DNA from: Camelus dromedarius
Lineage: Eukaryota
Assembly: GCF_036321535.1 (NCBI RefSeq)
Contig: NC_087436.1
Coordinates: 39,558,001 to 39,622,000, forward strand
Length of the DNA: 64,000 bases
Direction of reading: 5' to 3'
Shown: piece by piece, positions 55,891 to 64,000 of the stretch
Layout of the letters: each line of letters opens with the position of its first letter
Position numbering within the stretch: position 1 is the stretch's first letter
Program-made: the position numbers and the translations under genes
The notes under the pieces: generated by a model
Database searches by the model: none
What the model saw: only the letters and a program-made list of their open reading frames with translations
Told to the model about the DNA's origin: nothing

Positions 55891-56234
55891 TGGCACAGTA
55901 CTAATTTTAACTGAAGTCATACTACTGACAGTATAGAAAAGTTGATATTGATCTTTGTTATAACTATTGCATATCCTCTGGTATTTATAATAGCCATCAG
56001 GACAGTTAACACTTGTGGTGCTGGTTGCACAAACACAGGAAATTACATGAATCATATACACAGCAATTTAAAAGAAAAACATTGTAAAAAGTCAGATTTT
56101 AATATTCTGCATTTGTTTAAAAATATAACCCTTCAGGAAGGTAATAACATTTTCGTTATGAGGTTTGTGTAATAGTGATCAACAACACTATCAATGGCAT
56201 GGCAATTTGCAGTTATACAAAACATGCTAGTTAT

Positions 56235-56445
56235 TCAGGCTTTGGAGGCTGACAGATCTGAGATCAAATCCTTTCTCTAGTTTCCACTGCCTGTGTGATT
56301 TTAAGAAAATTATATAAGCTCTCTGAGCTTCACTTTCTGCATTTTAAATATGACAATAACTAGGCTCACAGGTGGTTGTGAGGATTAATTGGGGATGTGG
56401 GGAAAGCACTAAGCACAATGCCTGGTAAATATCTGGATCTCAAAA
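56235..56445 (+). mobile_element. MIR SINE
   Basis: ggctttggaggctgacagatctgagatcaaatcc...ctctctgagcttcactttc...ggttgtgaggattaa...aaagcactaagcacaatgcctgg. Confidence 0.75.
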
Positions 56446-56828
56446 TGTTCTCTTCCTACATTTCCTCTGGAGAGTCAATAATCTTCCTAAAAACTGAAAT
56501 GCTACGTTCTATTCATGTAGGGGAAACAGAATAATAGAACTTCAAGTTTCACAGCTTTCCCTGATTTGAGCATCAACTAAAGGAAAAGAATGGGGAATTG
56601 GGGAGATTAGTTTGGACGCTGTTGTCATGATCCAGGTATGGGAGAAAAAATTTGAAAGTGGAATGGGGATGGGAAATTTTGAAATGGAGTAGGATGTGGT
56701 ACAAAACAATGAACTCATAGAAACTGGGGAATGATTGGGAACAGTGAGTAGGAGATATGAAAAAGCTAAAGCAGACACAAGGTTAGCAGTTGTGTGGATT
56801 TTACGCTCACTGACTGACTGATTATATT

Positions 56829-57086
56829 CAGGGATAATATTCAAGGTATTTACAGCCAGTATGCCACGCCACTGATCAGTCAGACCTGTTGCCAACTGCA
56901 AAGCTGGAGCTGAATGCTGGAGACCTGAGCCGGGTCCCTTTAGTTGCTGAGTAGTTGGGAGGTTTGGGACATCCTGGGGGAGGGCCTGCGATCCAGGTGT
57001 GGGGAGAGGTAGTAGTGTTGACACTTTTCAATATTGTAGTAACTAGCATGGCCATACCAGTACTTTTAAGTTGAATGTTAACGCTG
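56829..57086. mobile_element. Ancient non-autonomous DNA transposon (MamRep38/hAT-like) with TIRs
   Basis: TIRs cagggataatattcaa (56829-56844) and ttgaatgttaacgctg (57071-57086) match 13/16 as inverted repeats. Subterminal ggccataccagtac resembles MamRep38 as recalled. Confidence 0.55.
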
Positions 57087-58492
57087 ATAACATATTCCTT
57101 AGTCTTCTCTCCTGTCTCTTATCTTCTCCAAGTTCCTTCAGCCATTCTCTTTGTGAAGTAATTATCTACTTTACCATATTGGTTATCGTGCTCTGAATAA
57201 TGGCTAGTGTTTTTCTTAAACTGAGCTGTTTGCATTACTCTAGAAGTGATCTACCAGCTCAGAGCAGACTTTTTGCATCCTGATTTGAACTCTGTTTTTA
57301 CTAGGACCGTTAGAATTATATATACTTGTTTTCAATATCAATAAAATGAAAATCTAATGCCCTTTTTTAATAAAGTGCTTCACTGAGGTAAAAATGATAA
57401 AATTCATTCTCTAGCTGGCAAGTGAACTAATTAAAAGATTATTATATATTCCTTGAGCCAGCAAGTCTTTCAATATATTTTAAATTACATTTTGATACTA
57501 TAATCTTTATTTCCATTTTAGAAAAGTTAATGTGCTCACTAATCTAAAATGTTGCATAATTGACAGTAGACATTTCAGCTAATGTAAATTAGCAGGTTCT
57601 GCTGAACTTGGAAAAGAAGGGGGAAAAGGACACTATTTGAAAGAATAAAAATAGTGTAATCAAAATTACAATCCCAGGCAAGATTTTATGTTTTCAGGAT
57701 CAGGACCATCATTCCATCACTACTAATTTTAATAGTATTGTCTGTAATAGTGTTAAGTATCACTGATATTGGCAGTGAATTCAATGATAAAATTTTCTAC
57801 TAATTGTTTTATCACTAAAAATTAAACTACCATAATTCACAGAAATTTTAAATCCAATTCTTTGATTGAGAGTATATATATTGATGATTTTTTTGAGGTT
57901 TAAATGTAATAAATTGTTTTATTTTTCTAATGGAATTCTGTCCAATTTTAAAGCTGTACAATAGATATTTCAAACTGTGTTGTAGATCAATAATGTTACA
58001 ATTGATCTTTGCCTCAGGAATGGTACCTTTCCAGAAAATCCCCTGTTGAAATTTAATTTTAATACCTGAAATAGCCCATATTTGATAACTAAAAATATTT
58101 TATAATCGACCTCTAAAACTGTATTTCCTGATAGTTATAATCATCAAATGCAAGTATGCTTAAAGGATTTGCTTGACCTTCCACAGTAAGTAATTAGACA
58201 GAGCTTTCAAAGCTAAATTAAAATGAACATCAAATCCCCTTGTGAGACAGAAGTGTCCACATTGTGCTAAAGGATAATAGATCAGATGTGCTTGCTAAAA
58301 CTCAATGAAAATAACACGTGTTTGGCTGTAGATGGTGATAGGACCCAACCAAAGATGTTTTTTTAACATCATAGTCTCAGATTCTCTTAGTTGGAAAAGT
58401 ACTTTAAATGTCCTTTAATTCAATCACTCATTTGAATACTGAATTTTATACATGACCTCCAATTTAGTTGTTTGAACACTCAGTTGCTTCTT

Positions 58493-58599
58493 AAATTTTT
58501 TATTTTATTCTTTTCAATGGAGCTTCTGGGGACTGAATGCAGGACTTAGTGCATGCTAAGCATATGTTCTACTACTGAGCTATACCCACTCCTACCCTG
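58493..58599 (-). mobile_element. tRNA-derived SINE with 12-bp TSD
   Basis: Same SINE head in reverse. TSD cagttgcttctt at 58481-58492 and 58600-58611. Confidence 0.85.
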
Positions 58600-61269
58600 C
58601 AGTTGCTTCTTTGTATTTTCTCTCAGGACCTTCACTGGTAAACATTCATGCTTATTTTAAAATTTAGAGCCTCTAAGCTGCTGAAAAAAAGCATGATGTG
58701 GCCCAATTTAGAAATGCAATATTAGCACAGGTCAAGCTTTTGTTTGTTCCATCTAATAAGTTGACAGTTAAGGCAGAATTTCCTCCAAGATAGTTTCTTT
58801 GAATTAAAGTAGACTCTATATCTATATATAACAAATGATATTCAGACTTGTGGAAAGCTCCTCAGATTTAGTTGTTTGTCTCCTTTACCAACATTTTAGG
58901 AACTCTAGCTACTTAGGGAACCTATTGGAACCTAAGGGAGAATTTGCCCTATGAATTTCCCCTCTAGTTATCATTTCCCATGTGTTTAGCAGAACTACCA
59001 GTTATTCCCTTAGATTACCAGGCAAAAGAGAAATCTAGACTTATATCTGTGAATTAGTTTGGGAAGTTAATGAAGAAGTGTGGAGATCACAATTTTTGCA
59101 GTTTTAGAAAACCAGAATTTCTGGTTTCAAATTCTACTACTAGTGAGCTTCATAATCATTAATGTCACTATATTTCTCTGACTTTTCAGTTTACTTCTCT
59201 GTAGTGTGAGAGTAAATATTCCTACAATTAAAGGTTGTTGTAAGGATTAAAGGAAATAATACAGAATATATAAACAACTAAAATTAAACTCTTGAACTCT
59301 TCTTACTACATCTTTAAATTTAGCAGCTTTGTGACCCTAATGTCTTGATGGGAAGTAAGAGTTAACACATATTTTCAAAATGTGTAAAATTCATTAACCA
59401 AATGTCATTCCAATACAAAATAAGCTTCTAAACTTGAGGACTTTTTCCCCCTTACCTATCACTGTAAATACCTCAGGAACCAAGACAAAAACTGTAGATG
59501 GTAGTTTTATGATACTGAATATAATGATAATAAAACAACAGCTGTTATCTACTGCATGTTTGTTGTGTACTAATCACTCCTCCCAAATGCTCCTTTCCTC
59601 TTCCTTGTTGTTATGGCTGGGGAGGGACTGTTCTTGGATTCAGTCTCTTCATATGTGTCCTCTCCTGACAAAAAAGCTGACTGGTCCTGTATTTGATTAA
59701 ACTTTTATGAATGTTCTTTTCTGCTTCAAGGACCATAATTTGGGTTGTCAACCTGAAACTAGGAATGACACTTTTGAGAAATGTCCTCTGCTTGGCACTT
59801 GGGGTTTAGGATGACCAAATTTCAATTTTGAATTACTCTTTCAATTCATCATGCCTTTTAGTTGAGAATTCTAAAAAAATATGGACAACTGTGCATGTCT
59901 GTTCTTACTGTATGTACTTTCAAGTATTTATGCTTGTTTTAAGTATAACCATAACCTTGGCATGCAGATGATTCATTCACCCAAGTCAGAATAGAACACC
60001 ATTATTCTAGATCATGTTCTATTTTCAAGGGGTTATAATAGTGAATGTCACATCTTTCATCAAATGTACCTTGATAAACTTTTTAAAAGGCTACCAAAAC
60101 AATAACAATAAACATAAAAACTTCCCTCCTTACTTCTCAGTCTATATTTTACTGTTACTTTCTTTCATTTTATGTATTTTCTTCTTTTACAAATTCCTTT
60201 CTTTTTCCACAGATTTAAAAAGAAACTACAATTTTCTTCTCCACACCCTCTCTTGCTGATTAATATTGCTAATATCAGCAGTCTTTTAGATTACTGAAGA
60301 TGATAGAATTGATGTTTGCTGCATTGAGAGGATTTTTAGTGCTCTCTATTACAAATTGTGGCAATGTTTACCCACTTTTATTTGCCGTTTACTACTCTTG
60401 TTTATATTTTGGTGGAAAAAATTGTAGCTCTCTGTCTCACAGGAGTTTGCAAATACTGTCAAAACATTTTCACAATATCGGCATGGAGGGTACCATTTTT
60501 GCTTTCTTGACAAAGTATCAATGCATGACAAAGGTACATTTGAAGCTACCTATTTTGGAGAGTAGACTGAAGTTGAAAGACAAGCATTGGCTCCCGATGC
60601 TACCCGTAAAGTATCTTGTCTTCTATATCCTCAAGAAAAAAAACTCCAATACATTTTATAAATTCTAACCTTTTCTTGTATAAATTTGAGTAAGATACCA
60701 TGTGGATCAACTATTCAAACATCTTAGGGTTTTAGAAGTTTATGTAGAACACATAACATGACAAGTGGACATCAGTACTTTCTTAAATTCTGATTAGCCA
60801 AAGAACTAATAGTTACATGGCTGTATTTCTCTCAAAGAAAGATCCATGAGTCTCATGATATTTGCTCTTTTTCTCATGAGACTCTGCTTTCTACACTGGC
60901 TAGAGTAATCTCAGCTCTATTACATCGAGTTTATCTTAAATCACAGGAATAACTCTATCCATTGCTTGAATCTTTCATATTTTACTGGGTGGCCAGCCAA
61001 AAGAGATGTTAACACTTTCATATGTTTGTGTGCCCATTAGAATAATTTATAGAAACAAAAAACACCCTACTACCTAGACACGTGCCTTATTGGCTTGTTT
61101 ATCACTGTATACCATCTCTGCTCATTACAAGCACATTTTCTCATGTACTGTACTTAATAGAACTTGTACAAGTAAGTGTTACATCTGGAAAACTGGTGTT
61201 TTCACTAAGCCTCATTTCACTCCAGATTCTCCCTTGATACCTAACTCTTTTTTTCTTTTGGCTTTGAAT

Positions 61270-61731
61270 CTTTTTGTTTATTTATTTTTATAAAAAATTT
61301 TTCTTTATTGAAGTGTAGTTGATTTACAATGTTAATTTCAGCTGTATAGCAGAGCAATTCAGTTATACATATACATATATATTTTTTCAGGTTCTTTTCC
61401 ATTATGTTACTACAAGAAATTGAATATAGTTCAATTTCTATACAGTAGGTTCTTGTCACTTATCTATTTTATATATAGTAATGTGTATCCATCCAAACTC
61501 CTAATTTATCCCTCCCCAGCTATTTCCGCTTTGTTAACCATAGTTTGCTTTCTATGTCCATGACTCTATTTTTGGTTGGTAAATAAGATTTATATATATA
61601 TATTTAGATTTGACATATAAGTGACATTTGTCTTTCTCTGACTTACTTCACTTAATATGATAATCTCTAGGTCCATTCATGTTGCTGCAAATGGTATTAT
61701 TTCATTCTTTTTTTCTGGCTGAGTAATATTC

Positions 61732-61793
<62 letters not shown>

Positions 61794-61855
61794 CTGTTGA
61801 TGGACATTTAGGTTGTTTCCATGTCTTGGCTACTGTAAGTAGTGCTGCTGTGAAC
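61270..61855 (-). mobile_element. LINE-1 3' end fragment containing a (TG)n expansion
   Basis: tttattgaagtgtagttgatttacaatg...gacttacttcacttaatatgataatctctaggtcc...ggttgtttccatgtcttggctactgtaagtagtgctgc. Confidence 0.9.
61735..61780 (+). repeat. (TG)23 microsatellite within an L1 3' UTR
   Basis: Perfect dinucleotide run read directly. Confidence 0.97.
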
Positions 61856-62272
61856 CCTCTGAACTGTGGGTTTGATGTCTATATGGTTTGGCACTAGGTC
61901 AAGGAATAACTCATTTTGTTGGAGAATTGTTTTATGTTGGTATTTTGCTTTTGCAGTGCAGCAGGAAGATCCTTCTGGACAGGAGCCATGTTTTATGAGC
62001 TCTGACCACAATGTCATGTAACTAAATCTTATGAGTGTCTGGTGAAGTTCCTCTTAAATGAGACCCCTCTAAGCATTAAGTACCCAATACAAACTCAAAA
62101 GTCACATACTGAAAGGGGGCATTACCAAGTTGTTCTAATGGTCACATAGAAAAATCTGCTTAAAAAGTGCCAATATGCCAAAAACCTCTAAGACATTCTC
62201 AACATAAAAAGCCAGTCATTTCTATAGTCAGTTTACATTAGTTCATTGTTATGTTCAAAGTAAGTTACTTAC

Positions 62273-62427
62273 TAAGGCGAATTTTTTGTTGAGAATCATC
62301 TGCTCCACCAAAGATGACTCATTATGGAAGAGGTGGGGCTGCATGTGGCTCCACATGTGTGGAAACCACCAGAACTCATCCACAGATCCCAACAGATGGT
62401 CATCCCCTTCATCTTCCTCTTCAGTTC
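62273..62427 (-). CDS. NDST3: NDST3 internal coding exon A (155 nt), N-deacetylase domain
   Basis: Minus strand reads (G)[51 protein letters not shown], with the [13 protein letters not shown] motif. Acceptor ...ccaacccaag|GA, donor TTA|gtaagt. Phase 1 to 0. Not in the ORF track. Confidence 0.96.
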
Positions 62428-64000
62428 CTTGGGTTGGGGGGGAAGAGGGGGAAGATTATTCAGTTAATTTCAGTTACACTAATCGTCTGTTTATCTGTCT
62501 ATATATCTGTCTATATATCAATCCACCCATCCATCCAATTATATATTTAGAAGTTACCATTTATACTATCTTCAATACATATAATTGAACATGAAATGTA
62601 ACAAAGGAAAATACATGCCTCGAGGAACAACCAGAGAGTGTGATACAGTTCCTTTAAAAGTTTTTAAACATGAGATATGGCTGTAAAATCACTGCAAGAT
62701 GGACGTACAGAACCATTCCCAAGGATGTTAGAACTTTTAACCTTTAGCATCTTTGTGTAATTTGTAGTTTGGAGAGAATAGGGGCTGAGCAGGGAATGCA
62801 ATCAAGGGGATGTGAGTGAGGAAATGTACAGCAGAGCCCCAACAGTAAATCGTTCTGATGGGTTGTGACACAACAGTCTCAACAAAATAATTCCATAATT
62901 TATCTGGTTTACTCCTTAAGTCTGAGATGCAGCTGCTCAGTCATATTTAGAGAAAACTAAGGCACAAAAAGGAGAAAAGGGGGAAATGTAGCAACTGTTA
63001 TTGGGAAAACTAGAGAAAACTGAAGGGAAGAAAGAAGAAAGGATGACAGTGATGAAAAGAAGCTGAGAAGTGGTGAAGTCAGAGTGAAACCTTCCAAGCT
63101 GCTCCTTGGTGGTACTCCTGCTCCTCATGCTCATCCTTTCTGTCAAGTTCTTGGAAGCAGACTTTCCACCAAGAAACTTCTATTTCCCTGAAAGTCAAAG
63201 CTTTGTTGTTGTTCTTCTGGTTTTTCAAACATGGGTTTGTTTTATTTCCTCCATTCTCCCTGACCTGCAGTTTAGTTGCGTGTGGGAAGTCACAGCTCTC
63301 TTAACTTGCCTGCAAGGGTAGGAGTTTCTTTTTGTACTTCCCCAGGCACAGTTTGCTAAAGCATGAAATCAGAGCAGTGTAAGGGGCCTGTCCTGGCATA
63401 GCATAAGATGATTATTAATCATTACAAAATTAGGCAGCTGCACTTGAATTTCAGCCACAACACTGAATCTAATAAGGTCCTAGAATAGTGGATTCTTCAC
63501 ATGATGTCTGATTTGGGTGAAGAAACGCTCTCTCCTGTTTTCAATAGTAGTTCTGATGTGACTGGTTTTAATAGGATCCTACAGGCTAAAGATGGAGGAT
63601 GGGCTGCTGCCCTGGCCCAGCCAACTGAGCCCAGTGCTTGTTACCACTGTTCTCTCATTTAATTTTTCCAAGAGAAGGAAGGCAGAGCCTACTGGCAGGA
63701 AAAGAATCAGATCTGATGATTTATTGGGCAATAAAGGAGATTTACCAAGGATAAAGTTGTAGTATGAGGCTGCTTGTTTGCTCTAATTTATGCAGGAGGG
63801 ACAAGATTATATAGAATGAGTGGAATAATAATCCTTCAACAAGGACCGTCTTCAATGTCACTTTCCTATGCTTAGGTACTCTGCTGATATGAAGGAATTT
63901 TTTTTTCTCTCTCTCTAAAGAGCATCTTTAAATCTAATCTGTTTTATTTCCCTTAAGTTTTTCCTCTTCATCATACACTCCTGTTACCATAGTATAGTTG

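Noticed and set aside
56542..57024. 160-aa minus-strand ORF
   Set aside because: Spans an L2-like remnant and a DNA transposon; no recognisable protein similarity.

Overview
AT-rich mammalian genomic DNA, probably camelid (alpaca/camel). That call rests on several copies of a tRNA-derived SINE with the camelid Vic-1-type head and 'aacctaattacc(t)cccc' tail, recognised from memory. The whole window lies inside one minus-strand gene, NDST3 (heparan sulfate N-deacetylase/N-sulfotransferase 3). Six internal coding exons of 155, 186, 129, 183, 97 and 124 nt (874 nt) have canonical GT/AG boundaries and splice into one open frame covering the C-terminal part of the N-deacetylase domain and the start of the sulfotransferase domain. 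The rest is intron filled with old and lineage-specific repeats (L1, L2, MIR, MER5, MLT, MER21-like LTRs, SINEs) and microsatellites. Almost all ORFs in the supplied track are spurious or repeat remnants. I found no evidence of a new biological system; the findings are modest (unusual splice sites, atypical retro-insertions, inverted repeats, candidate motifs). Repeat family names are recognised by eye, and repeat boundaries are approximate unless TSDs are given.
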